Assembly (NCBI GenBank): GCA_964016885.1
Contig: OZ024743.1
Span: 116,870,001-116,934,000, forward strand
DNA length: 64,000 nucleotides
Direction: 5' to 3'
Source: Eledone cirrhosa
Taxonomy: Eukaryota
Both the position numbers and the translations under genes were made by a program. Shown one piece after another: positions 46,507 through 59,655 of the stretch. Under the pieces are notes generated by a model, which saw only the letters and a program-made list of their open reading frames with translations, was not told the origin of the DNA and made no database searches. Position 1 is the first letter of the stretch. Each line of letters opens with the position of its first letter.

Positions 46507-47031
46507 GGAAACTCATCGCCTGAACAGTCGCCAAAACAGCTGAATGCTGTCAAATACAATGATGAGCAAAAATGCCCCAGAGGACAGAGACCAGCGGCAA
46601 GTGGTCAACAAAGGGACAACCCACTAGAGGGATGACAGGCATATGAAGTATAGAAAAGATTGAAAGAGCAGGAGGACAAGAAGTGCGCTGGCACACAAGA
46701 TAAGTTTAAACACATACATCTTCACCCTCGTCAGCTCCCAAACCAATAAAATGGTTTCGCACGAATCATTGCTTAGACCCAACAGAGAATCATTGCTTAG
46801 ACTCAACAAAAGAACTCAAGTGGTGATTCTCCAATCGAGTCGTAAATTCGTTATTATTAATCCCACTCTACGTTTTCAGTTCAAATTCCATGGAAAAGAA
46901 CTTTGCATTGCATCCTTCCGTGTCCGATAAGTAAAGTAGTCATTTACTTTTTCTTCTTCTTCGTAGACGTCGTCATCGTCGTCATCATCGCCGTAGTCGT
47001 CGTCTTCTTCTTCTTCGTCGTCGTCGTCGTA

Positions 47032-47077
<46 letters not shown>

Positions 47078-47254
47078 TCTCTCTCTCAGCGTTGTGACAA
47101 ACCACGGAGGGGGGGGGACCATTTATAGCGTCCGTTGCTTCCAAGAAATAGTGGATGTTTGAGGAGGAGCTAGCAAACGCTTTTGAGAGGTGGAAAAGGG
47201 GAGTTGCTGCACGTTTGATAATGAAAAACGTAGGAGAAATTGTGGGAACGCTGC

Positions 47255-48925
47255 TTCGTTGGTGTTGGTAGTTGTGGTGCCGATGTTTATGGCGGTATTG
47301 GTAGTGATGGTAGTATGACGGTGATGATGGTGATAATTATGGTGGTGTTGATGGTGGTGCTGGTTATGGTTGTGATGGTGGTGCTGGTGGTTGTGGTAGT
47401 CGAATTGAGGTGACAGTGGCGACAGCTTTGATGGTGTTAGTGGTAGTAGTGATGGTGAGTGCAGTAGTGGTGGTGGTGATGGGGTAAATGTGATGGTGTT
47501 GGTGTTATCTGCTGTCAAAACGACGGTAGTGCTGGTTATAGAGTCGTTGTTGTATAACCCCTGGTCAACCTTGATGGGGCAGTCCTAAGACACGTAGTTC
47601 TTCGACCAACCGTGTAGCTGTCACTCATGAGTGGATCCTAGTTATGCCATGTCACCATTTAGGGTAGGTGTCAAATTGTGGAATGTACCAGGGTATTACT
47701 AATCGAGTTTGTTGTGATCATGTTGGTGTTGGTGGAGGTTGTGTTAATAGTGGTGGTCGTGGTCGTGTTGGTGATTAGGATCATGATGTTGAGGGTGTTG
47801 GTAGTAGTGGCGGCAGTGGTGATCATGATGGTGGTGGTTGGGGTTTATCGGGAGGTCCTGGTTGTAATTATGATGTTGGTTGTGCTGATTATGATGATGA
47901 TGGAGAAGGTGATGGTGATGGTTGTGGTCTTGGTAATGATGATGATGGAAAACAAATGGTAAAGGTAGTAGTTGTGATTATGACGGTAGTGGTGTTGGTT
48001 GTGGTTAAGAGGTTAGTAATGTTAGTTGGTGTGATCATAATGGTTGTGGTACTGGTGAATGTCATCATAACGGTAGGGATGTTGGTTGTGCTTATGGTGG
48101 TATTGGGGTCTAGTTGTGGCTATATTGTTGATAGCGTTAGATGTGATGATTATGATGCAGCGGCGTTGTTTGTAGTTAGGAGATGGGCAGTGTTGGTGTT
48201 GATTGTTATTATGATACTGGTGATGTTGGTGGGCAAGATCAGGCATGTCAAACTTGCGGCCCTTTTCAAACACACCTGAACCCCGCACAACGGTTTTTAC
48301 AGCACGAGAATGTTTTATCTTCGTACTAAAAAATTAAAAAAATTAGCTGTAATGTGCGCAATTAATTGTCGGGTGCGTATCTCGGACAACACATATGTAC
48401 CCATGTGGTCCTCGGGGCACCCTCACTTTGACATGCCTGGGCTTGATGGTTAGCGGAATTGGTTTTGGTCAGGATATTGGCAGTATTGGTTGTGGCTATA
48501 ATAGTGGTAGTGTTGGCTGTAGTCATAATGGTGGTGATTTTTGGCAGATGTCATGTTGGTAGTGTTGGTGGCGTTGGTTGTAATCAGGGTTGTACTGGTA
48601 TTAGTTGTAGTCAAGATGGTCAGTGTGTTAGTTGTGGTCATTGAGGTTGTGGCTTTGGTTGTGGGTATGATGGTGATGAAGGTGTTGTTATTTATAATGA
48701 TGATTGTACTGTTCGTATTGGCAATGACTGGTTATTGTTATGATGATGATGATGATGATGATGAGGATGGTATGGGCATGGCGATGATGATGTTCATGTT
48801 AGTTGTGACGATGATATTGCTTGTGGTCATGATGATGGTAGTTTTATTGGTTGTAGCCATGTCAGCGTTGCAGACTATCATGGTAGTAGTGGTTTGATGG
48901 TATTTCTAGTGGTATTAGTAGTGGT
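47255..48925. repeat. Degenerate (GGT/GAT/GTT)n trinucleotide tract
   Basis: Low-complexity sequence. Confidence 0.85.
48240..48439. mobile_element. hAT (Charlie-like) MITE, 200 bp
   Basis: TIR CAGGCATGTCAAA/TTTGACATGCCTG; subterminal GCGGCCC; degenerate 8-bp TSD GGCAAGAT/GGCTTGAT. Confidence 0.8.
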
Positions 48926-49184
48926 AAATATATTTGGCTGACCGGCTTGCTGGTTGGTCGGTCGATCGGTCATTGATAGTAGTTTAAAGCTGTGTCATTG
49001 GCATCGGTAATAATTGTTTCACCCACCCTCAGATAGTACGTACGTAGGCGTTGGCGCTGGCATCGTTGGTGTCCCTGGTGATGATGATTGTTTATTCGGA
49101 AACCGATTTGCAAGGGTGATTGAATAAAAGTAAACAAATTCAAACAAACCCAGAAAATTTTCTTTCTCGTTTCGTTTCTCTTCT

Positions 49185-49234
<50 letters not shown>

Positions 49235-49284
49235 ATATCTATCTATCTCTATCTCTGTCTCTCTCTCTCTCTCTCTGTGTCTCC

Positions 49285-49354
<70 letters not shown>

Positions 49355-49817
49355 TCCAATTTCTCTATCTCGTTTCCCTCTTCTTCCTTTCCACTATTCT
49401 TCTCCAAACAAGAGCAAGCCGGTCTTGGAAATTTCTGTTGACATGGCAAGTTTCCTAATAGAATACAGAGCTTTGTTCAATTGAAAATGGCTACGCTTTT
49501 GTTAAGCTCTTTCTAACAACATTTCTCTGGTCAAACTATTTGCTTCAGAGGACACACACGACCTGAGATTAATTATTATTATTATTGTTATTATTATTAT
49601 TATTATTATTATTAATATTATTATTGGTGTTGTTTTTCTCGTTCTTATTGTTGTTATTCTTATTCATACAAATACTATATAGGTTTTGCTTTCTCCAGTC
49701 GATTCCAATCTACCCCAATATAAATTGCTTTGCTTCATGACGGTGACAATGTTATTTTTGTCGACATTGGTTATTTTGATCACACACACACACATCTCTT
49801 TCTCTGTCTCTCTCCCC

Positions 49818-49867
<50 letters not shown>

Positions 49868-50141
49868 ATATATATATGTATGTATGTATATATGTGTATA
49901 TATATATATGTATATATATATATGTATATATATATATATGTATATTTATATATATGTATATACATATATACATATATATGTATGTATATATATGTATATA
50001 TATATATATACATACATACATACATATATATGTATACATATATATACATATATATATATATATATACAAATATATATACACACAGACAAATACATGCACA
50101 CACAAACATACACACGCACACATATACGCACACACACACAT

Positions 50142-50182
<41 letters not shown>

Positions 50183-50865
50183 CATATATCTTATCATATC
50201 ATGTATATTCTCTCCTTCACTGTATCTTTCCTTTGCTCACTCCCTCTGTCTCATATACCCTCACGCCCCATACCTCTAAATGTATTTTCACTGATTTCAG
50301 ATAATGAACACAACCAGAACGAGGGTTGTTTATCTTCCTAGACAACAACAACACTGCTTGCTGTTACATACCAATGGACAAAGGTATTTTAAACAGTACG
50401 GTAACATTTGCAATGTAACTATGATGACAATGATGATGATTACGATGACGACAGCGACTACAATGGCGACTACCATGAAAACAGCAATAACAACGGACAC
50501 ACACAATTACTACAATAACAAAAACTACAAAGCATTTGGGACTGAATGTTGATGATAACTGCAATGAATACGAAATACTGTTTGCTATGAAGCCAATCCA
50601 CTTCTGAATACAATTTAGTTAGGATTTTTCGATTAGCTATGCACCAAATAATGGTAATGTTTGTGTGGAAGTCGGATGAGGCAGTAGTATTTTTTATATT
50701 ACTTAGAATAGATAATGCCTTTAACTAATATTAAAAGAACCGTTTGTAGTTGTAATATTTGATTTGAAAATTGAATGGGTTATATAACCACTCACCGTTT
50801 AAATTCACAAATGGCACACTCAGACGCACGGTCTTACGCACACATAAACACATACGCATGCATAT

Positions 50866-50985
<120 letters not shown>

Positions 50986-51697
50986 AAATGTGTGTGTGTG
51001 TGTGTATGTGTATGTATATTCACACAATAAAGGTTACATTTTAAATGAAAGTAGGAGGGAGATATTGGTGAATACATAGTATAGAGTTCATTTAGCAATG
51101 TAGCTATTTGTCGCCATCGTAGTCACCAGAAATATTACATAACCCAAATCCCAGGACATACAAATATATACAACATACAAAAAATAGCACTACTAGGCAC
51201 TGCACACATTTTACGAAGCAGACTCTGAAGTTAATAGAAATAAGGACACCAGAAACAATACTATACTGTACACACCCATCTCTTCCCATTATTGCCATGT
51301 TCAATTCCTAGATAGAGTAAAGGTATCCTCTTTCAGATTGTTAATTTATGTGGCAAGACATTCATCACGCTTTCCCACTTTATGCCGTGTATCCCATAGA
51401 TGTGACACTTCATCACTTCCTCTCATTCAGGTATTACGTTAAGGGAACCAGTACCTGCGGAATACTTAACCACTCTTATATTTATTCACGAGCTGGAATT
51501 GAACGTTCATCGTTAAAGCCGGCAGAGGATCTATCATCACCACCATCATCATCATCATCGTCGTCATCATCATCACCACCACCATCATCATCATCATCAT
51601 CACCACCATCGTCGTCGTCGTCATCATCAATAAAAGTAAATAAATATACTGACACTTATTCTTAACGATTGCTGTAATTTTCTTTATTTTTTCTTTA

Positions 51698-51767
<70 letters not shown>

Positions 51768-52028
51768 TTTTGCCTTCGTATGCAGTGCAAAGAAATTGAT
51801 GGAGTAACATTTACAAGTAAGAGAAATAGATTAATTATTTCTCGAAAGACAGATAGTCTTCATCAATCTTCGGCGAGAACTTCAAAATATCTCTTTTGGG
51901 GTTTAGATATATATTTTTTTAGTTAAATACCTCAAGGACTCTTAATCTGTCATTATGTAGATTAGTTTACTTTTTCAAGTTGGCAAAACAAATACCTAAC
52001 GCCAATTAATCACAAAAACACAATTAAT

Positions 52029-52073
<45 letters not shown>

Positions 52074-52231
52074 CAATAATAATAATGGTGCTGATGATGA
52101 TGATGATGATGAATAGTAATGATTATTTCTTTTATTGACCTCAAGGGCGAAAGAGTTTTGAGTACAATACAAGGACAAAATACAAAACAAAAGCGAAATC
52201 AACAAAAACAATAGATATTACGATAAAATGT

Positions 52232-52635
52232 CAATAATAATAATAATAATAATAGTAATAATAATAATAATGCTTTCTTTATTAACCACAAGGGTTTACA
52301 CAAAGTAGACATTAAGGACAGTACAGGACAATACTGGACGGTACAAAAGGGCATTTCTGCGTGTAAAAAACCCCCAAAAAACAGAGGATGTAATAATAGA
52401 ACAATGAAAGAATTCCCCAATAGGGGGGAGACTTCCGAGGGACATTCGTGGAGAAAGCCCATTAAAAAGCCACAGTGACCACCAGGGCAAGTGCCCTCTC
52501 CCAGTTTTCCACCTTTAATTTACAGACACATACTCAGAGTAGGCCCATTCACTCGGGCCATTCTTGCCTCTCTCACCCACCTTTCAACAAATTGCTGGGA
52601 AGAGAGCAATTCCCTCTCCACCCTGATTTTCCTAA
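52232..52635 (-). mobile_element. 3' end of a LINE (Tx1/L1-like) with (ATT)n tail
   Basis: RKIRVERELLSSQQFVERW..* followed by a 3'UTR with AATAAA and (ATT)n. Confidence 0.45.
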
Positions 52636-53024
52636 TAATAATAATCGTTTCTGGTTTCGGTATAATATCAATCCTTCGCAACAAATATGATAAGCTATAT
52701 ATTCTCAAATTTGTTCACAGATCTAGCAGTAATGTTGTAACTGAATCTATTAGAAATCATATTCAATCTTACAGTATTCAATATAAAATTTCATTTTTAA
52801 TTTATTCAAATATCCAAGTTCTTTCCTTTGCACTTCTGGATAAAAATTTTCATTAACACTTGGCTTGGAAATAAATCCCCCTTCTTACACTTGTGGTACA
52901 AGCATGCACAAAAAAAAACGTCGCAGCAGAGACACTAAAGGTGGCCACAGACATGGGACGACTTTGATGTTTAGCTAGAAACCGACTTCAGATCAGTAAT
53001 TAAGTATTCTAGCAACCATCTCCT

Positions 53025-53405
53025 AATTGAGAGATCACAGCTCCGATACTACGGGCATGTGGTTAGAATGTCTCATGAAATTGGTGTACAGATTGTATGT
53101 GCAAAACACCAGAGGACACAGAGGTAGACCCCCAACAAGATGGTTGGATAACATTCATGATCTCAGCTCGTCTTGCTTGGGAATCCAATCGGATCCTTTG
53201 AAGACGGTTGCTTCTGACAGGAAGGTGTTTTTGATGACTCTGCTCCCAGGATCCTCCCTGAAATATGTGGGCGAAGAAGAAGAAGAAGAAGAAGAAGAAG
53301 AAGAAGAAGAAGAAGAAGAAGAAGAAGAAGAAGAAGAAGAAGAAGAAGAAGAAGAAGAAGAAGAAGAAGAAGAAGAAGAAGAAGAAGAAGAAGAAGAAGA
53401 AGAAG
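53025..53405 (+). mobile_element. 3' fragment of Expander-like RTE with (GAA)n tail
   Basis: RGRPPTRWLDNIHDLS..LGIQSD, homologous to 31262-31500. Confidence 0.8.
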
Positions 53406-54099
53406 CTAATGAGTTTTCGTCTCAATACATATGTAATTTAAATTGACTAAAATTTATTTGTCTTCTATGTAGTTGACATGAATTCATAAAAAAACGCTTT
53501 TGTACACTTAACTGTAATAGTCTGGTTTGATATGCATGAAGTGAGACTTAAACTTTACTCAATAGTAATGAAGTGAATTAATAATCGATTAGTACATTAG
53601 CGTATTACATTAATTGCTAAATTAATTCAATCTTCTCTATTTCATAAATTCTGAGAGTTAAAATGTTTAGTGTACAAGTTGATTATTTTCATTTTGTATT
53701 ACGACGACTGCCATCCCCAGTCGTCTTAGTAGTAGTCGATACAGTTTTAGATATGATGTCTTGTAAAGAATTTGTTTTAGTTTGTTTTGACTTGGTACAA
53801 AGACTGCAGGATTTAGAGGAATGTAAGAAATGAAAACTCATTTTAATGGATTTCCTCAATTACAGAGATACGTAGGAAATAAAACTACTTCAAACTACTT
53901 CAAAGGGGTAGTTTCGTTGTTTGATTAAACTCTCATTTTGCAACGTAAGAAAAGTTACCTCGAGTAGGTATCTAAACTGAATCGTGGATTCAGTTGAATC
54001 AATGTTTCTCATCACTTCATACTTTAACTTATCTAAATTCATGCCAGTGGCTCATTTCAGTCATTTTTCTTCTTTCCTTATATTATCTATAAATATACT

Positions 54100-54312
54100 G
54101 GGCGGTGGATTGGCAGTAATGGGCGGTGGATTGACAGTATCGGTAGAGGGTCGGACGCCATGCTTTCCAGCATAGTTACGTCCCTTTACGATCTGAGTTC
54201 AAATCCCGCCGAGGTTGACTTTGCCTTTCATCCTTACGGGGTCGATAAAATAAAGTACCAGTAATGCACTGGGTAATTGCTGGCCTTGTGCCTAATGTAG
54301 AAACAATTATTT
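54100..54312 (+). mobile_element. tRNA-derived SINE with duplicated 5' head
   Basis: Same family as 22026; GGGCGGTGGATTG(G/A)CAGTA occurs twice. Confidence 0.8.
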
Positions 54313-54350
54313 GTAAATATATACTCTCTATATATATATACATACATACA

Positions 54351-54449
<99 letters not shown>

Positions 54450-55170
54450 GCTCCCATACAACTCTGAGTTTTTCATCCTCAGTGTATACTGATTAATGTT
54501 CAGAGCCATCCTCAGCATTCTCGTGTAGCACCCATCCACCATCTGAGTGAGTTTATTGGTCAGTGTCCAAGTCTCAGACCCATACAGCAGCACAGACTCC
54601 ACTACAGCAATGAAGAGGCGGATTTTCAGGTTTTCACGAAGGTCCGACTACCACACCGATCTCAAGCTGTGGCACGCCGCCCAGGCTTTGCTCTTCCTCT
54701 CAACCACATCATCTTCCGTATTCCCAATCTTTGCTCCCAAATACAGGAAGCCCTCAACCAATTCTAGCGGCTTCCCGCCTACATTAGTGATCCCCTCTGG
54801 CTTCTCAACATTCTCTACCAGATATTTTGTTTTAGTCTCATTCATTCTCAGCCCCACACTCATCGACACAGTCTCAACCTCCCGCATCAAATCCTCTGCC
54901 TCCTTCACTCAAAAGTCAGCTCAAAAGTGACACAGAGGAGACTGAGGTTAGCTTGACATGCTCACCGACATCCAGAGTTGACATTGCACTCAGTGCTCCT
55001 TTGGGAGCCCATACATGGACACACTAAAAGAGGAAGACCAAGGTTAACGTATGTTGATGCCCTAAGGACAGACACTGGTCTGTTGGAGACGCAGGACATG
55101 GCAGCGATAATGAGAGACAGAGACCGCTGGAGAGATCTCGTCCATGGATCTCGGGAATTTTACCCGCCTT
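54450..55170. mobile_element. RTE/RTEX-like LINE 3' fragment with 5' inversion
   Basis: Minus 54450-54908: [22 protein letters not shown]; plus 54911-55170: RRLRLA*H..RGRP..RDRWR. Confidence 0.85.
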
Positions 55171-55208
55171 AGATATATATATGTATGTGTGTGTGTGTGT
55201 GTGTGTGA

Positions 55209-55249
<41 letters not shown>

Positions 55250-55270
55250 CGTGCGTGTGTGTATGTGTGT

Positions 55271-55311
<41 letters not shown>

Positions 55312-56489
55312 CGTGTGTGTGTGTGTATCACTCTAGATCGATTAATTTGCGGGCTTAAGTAGATTATATTATAGTCAGGTTTAATAGATCCAAACTTATC
55401 TATAATTTTCTCTGTCTGTAAACAAATATCAGCCCTTCGTGCTCATAAACATGTAAATTAGTTTTGAGAGATTAATTAATAATTTCTTGTAACTCACTCC
55501 CCCTATTCTTTGAGAGTTGCTAAACTTTTCCGGTAAGATTCCAGTTTTTTTTCTCCAACTTAGAGGGAAATATTAATTTAATAAATTGTTTGTGAGTGTA
55601 CAGCATTTAGTACATTCAAACGGCATACGTAAAGTGAAATGGCTTCTAACCCAAAACAAACCTTTAATATGTAACATTGTTTTGTGGTGCACGACATATA
55701 TCTGCACAAAAGCCCTTTATTTGTTAAACCTGTGAATTGCAAAGTGGATGGACGCTACCACTCCTCTAAGGGTGCTGATTGACAGACGAGGGACACTGAA
55801 TGGAAATGGTGTGAAGGGGAGGTCGTTGAATGGTAAGGAACTGTGGGAGAAGAAAAGGACACAGAATATAGATTTGCAGTAGCTCGGAAAACTCTGACTA
55901 GTAATTATACAATAAATGCTTAAGTAAATTTTAAGAAAGAATATATTCGGTGCACAGCTGTTCTGCTAGAGAATGGGTCGCAGGTGGTGGGTAGTGATAC
56001 AGTCACCATATATTTGTTAGTTAGTTGCAATATAAGCGGGCTCCTGCCGAACGAATATGGAACCCTTGACAAACAGTAGTAAACTACTGAGGGCGACAGA
56101 GAATTGAGTGATACGGTTAACTCCCAAGAAAACTATCACACCTCAGTAAAGTAGCCACTACGAGGCGAGTAAAGGCCACCTCTAAAATATCCTAGTCTTT
56201 GAGGATCTGAGAAAAGTACGAAATTAGTGACTGGCGTAAAGAAAATCACCAAAACACTGCAATATGACCAGAAACAATAAAGTAATCTATACCACATCGT
56301 CCTACGCGGCGGATAACAACGAACGCATTCAGGCCTTCGGGAGAGTGCTCTGTTCGGAAAATACATTGCAGTCTCTATCCAAAGTCTCAAGAACTGATGA
56401 TGGGTATGTAATCTGTCCTGTGAGGCGTGGGATGAATGAACAAATGTTACGTATCTCGAGACTCTAAAGAGGATACGAAAGGAAGCAAC

Positions 56490-57260
56490 CATTAAAATTG
56501 GTAACTAAAACGTTTCAACCATTACAGGCAGGAAACAGGAATTAATGGAGGAGACCAGATGATACGGGCTATATATATTTCAGGTTTTCTCCACAAAGTT
56601 CTTTGGGACTAATAGTATAGATTTGAATGGAAGATTGGTGACTCTAATATTCCGGAATAGCGTCAGGAATGACCGCACATGTGGAAGTGGTGATAATTAC
56701 AAGCCCCCGATTGTCAGAATGGGTTTTGGATCGCATACCATTGCGAGGGAGGATTTGCCTCTTGTAGTTTAGGCTGAAAGAAATATCTCTCTGGTATGCG
56801 CCAAACAGAGGATCCGAATACAGATCCTTCCTTGATGAAATCACTGTAGAGTTAGATGTACTTAAAACTGAGTCATATATCCTAATGTATGTGTTCAATG
56901 CACACGTCGGCATTGATTAACTAGTCTCGAAATGAATTATTAGAATGAACGGCGATTCCAATTTAAATATGAATGGAGTCGCCTTAATAGATTTCTGTTT
57001 TAGCAATGGGTTGCTCTCTATTATTAAAACATTCTTCCAGTACAAAGACATTTATAAATGCACATAGTATAAGAGGTACTGGGGATATAGTTCAATAATT
57101 GATTTTGTTATTGTCTCTGATCTCTTTGATTCTGTGCTGGATGTTCGTATCGCGTGGGGGAAGGCAGACCTTCCAACTGATTACCATCTTGTTATCTGCC
57201 ACCCGAGACTACATAAAGCCAAGACTTACAGGCTAGAGTGGGAAACGCTGGCTTGAAAGG
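56490..57260 (+). pseudogene. Degenerate APE endonuclease region of an Expander-like LINE
   Basis: Remnants DFCFSNGL..TFFQYKDIYKCT, SIIDFVIV, TDYHLV. Confidence 0.7.
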
Positions 57261-57284
57261 AAAACAGGGACGGGATTCATCCAG

Positions 57285-58335
57285 ATTCAGAGATTAAATC
57301 GACCCCAATGTACTAATGGTACTTTATTTTATCGTCCACGTAAGGATAAAAGGCAAGGCTAAACTCGGTGGGATTTGAACTCAGAATGTAAAAGGACGTA
57401 ACTCTATGCTGGAAAGCCAATCCACCGTAGAAGAAGAAGAGTTGTTTTCTCTTTACATTTAGAATGGATTACAATATTTCCTTTTGTTGCCAAGTCCCTA
57501 AGGAAAGACACGGCTTATGATTTTCAGACCATTTTGAAAATAATCAAATATTTAGAAGTTTAACTAAATTCCTTATTAATTAGTTGGTGTTTCGAACTTA
57601 ATTACATGAAATTATAAATGAAGTTGTTTTGATAATTGTTTTAAAATACACAGTTATGTATCATATAAACATATAGTGTAGTTAAATCGACTTCAGTTCT
57701 TGAATGGAATTCTATTTTATCGACCCTCGAAGGATAATACTTCGCGGATCGATAAAAGTGTGTGTCAAGTAATGGAGTCGAGTTAATCTATTGTATGCTT
57801 CTTCCAAAATATGTTGTAATGTGCTTAAGTTAGAATTTTTAATAAGTTAAATCAGTTCTGAGTTGAAATCACATAGAAGCCGCTTTCCTTTTTACCCTTC
57901 TAGAGGCGATAAAACAGAGTACCAGTCGAAAGGACGATGGATTGGCAGAGACGTTAACGTGTCGAACAAATACTTAGTAGCATCTGTTCTGAATTTTTCT
58001 GTTCAAATCCCGCCGAGGTCAATTTAGCCTTTTATCTTTCCGAGCTCAATAACATATAGTACCAGTTAAATACTGATTTCGATATAATCGATTTTCCCTC
58101 TTCATATATTGCTGGTCTTGTGTCAAAATTGAAACCGCTAATAGTATAGGCAGTGGTGTAGCAGAATCGGAAGAGTGTCGGTTACAATACTTTACAGTTT
58201 TTAGTTAAGTATCATTAGGCTCTGTGTTCAAATCCCGCACTTCTGGAATCGAAAAAATAAGTACCTGCGAAATACTGGAGGATTGATTTAATCGATTATA
58301 TTCCTCCCCATTGTGTCTATTTCAGAAACCATTTG
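57285..58335. mobile_element. Cluster of SINE copies and fragments in both orientations; more at 61190-61590
   Basis: Repeated GTTCAAATCCCGC, GATAAAA..AGTACCAGT and AATCGA motifs. Confidence 0.7.
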
Positions 58336-58959
58336 TAGCAATGTTAGTAATATTTTAATGTCCGTGAAACGTTAAATAAGAAATTAGTCGAGTCAAATAA
58401 TGAGATGTTAATAATGTAGGAGGGATACTTTTGATCGTTGTTCTTATTCTTACTTTTTTAATATTCTTTTTTAGTTACGTTTTTTGTTGACTTATTTACA
58501 GTCATTTCAGGAAAAACAAAACAAAACAAAACTAGATAAAAGGGGTTGGGTTGGGAAAAGTGTATGTAGCACCCCTTTTTTTAATTATGTAGGCGGGGTT
58601 AGCGAATGCTCTCGTAGAGCGACCCCAGTAACCTGTTTAGTTTTGTTTCCATGCACACTTAACCCAATCAAACGACTTCCATTTTCTGCAGAGGCACATA
58701 ATATCGACTGCTGTTACAAGTTCTTCTCTCTTTCCGTGAGTTAATCACTAATTGCCTTGCAGATTGTAATTAAATGTCTATGATCATTCATAGATGTTAT
58801 TGCATTAATATTTCATAATACGTCTACTTCCTTCCAATTGAATGCTTCCCTGCTCTTTATTTAGCTTAAAAGCTAAAACTAAATCCTACCCACCAACACA
58901 GACTGTCCCTCCGTGTCATATTTATGTTAATGGTAACAACAGCAGTGACGATGTAGCAC

Positions 58960-59575
58960 AGATGCTGTTAGTATTGACAGTGCTAGTCATGTTGATGGTG
59001 ATGGTGGTTGCTGGTGGTGGTGGTGGTAGCGGTGGTGGTGTGGTGGTTGATGGCGATGGTAGTGGTGGTGATGGTGTTTGCTGGCGATGGTGTTGGTGGT
59101 TGTTGGTGATGGTTGCTGGCGACGGTGGTAATGGTGTTGCTGGTTGATGGTGTGGTGGAGATGGCGGTAATGGTGTTGCTGGTTGATGGTGTGGTGGAGA
59201 TGGCAGTTGTGATGAAAATAGTAGTCGTGTTGAACAATATGATGATGATGGTAACTCTTCGGGTGAATAAAGTAGTGGTGGTGGTAGGGATACTTATAGT
59301 GGTGGCGATGGTGGTAGTTTGCGTTAGCGGTGGTGATTTTAATTGTAGTAATCACCGTGACGGTGATGGTAGTTGTGTTGGTGGAGAAATTAGTGGTGGC
59401 GGTGGTGGTGGTGGTGGTGGTTGCAGTAGTAAAGAGAGTTATAGCAGTGTTGATGCTGTTGGTGTGGTTTTGGTGACGGTGATGAGACTAGTGGTGCTCA
59501 AGGGTAGTAAAGTTTGTGGCGGTGTTGGGGGTCATGTTAGTGGCTCTGGTTTATAAGGATTTATTGGTGGTTGTG
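58960..59575. repeat. Degenerate (GGT)n tract
   Basis: Low-complexity sequence. Confidence 0.85.
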
Positions 59576-59624
59576 CCGAGAAAACGAATGTAGCATTGGT
59601 TGGGTGTGAGGTGGTAGACATGAT

Positions 59625-59655
<31 letters not shown>

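Noticed and set aside
47678-48897. Val/Met-rich 'membrane protein' ORFs (also 58842-59556)
   Set aside because: Degenerate GGT/GAT trinucleotide tracts
53027-53446. Poly-Glu protein
   Set aside because: (GAA)n tail of a LINE fragment
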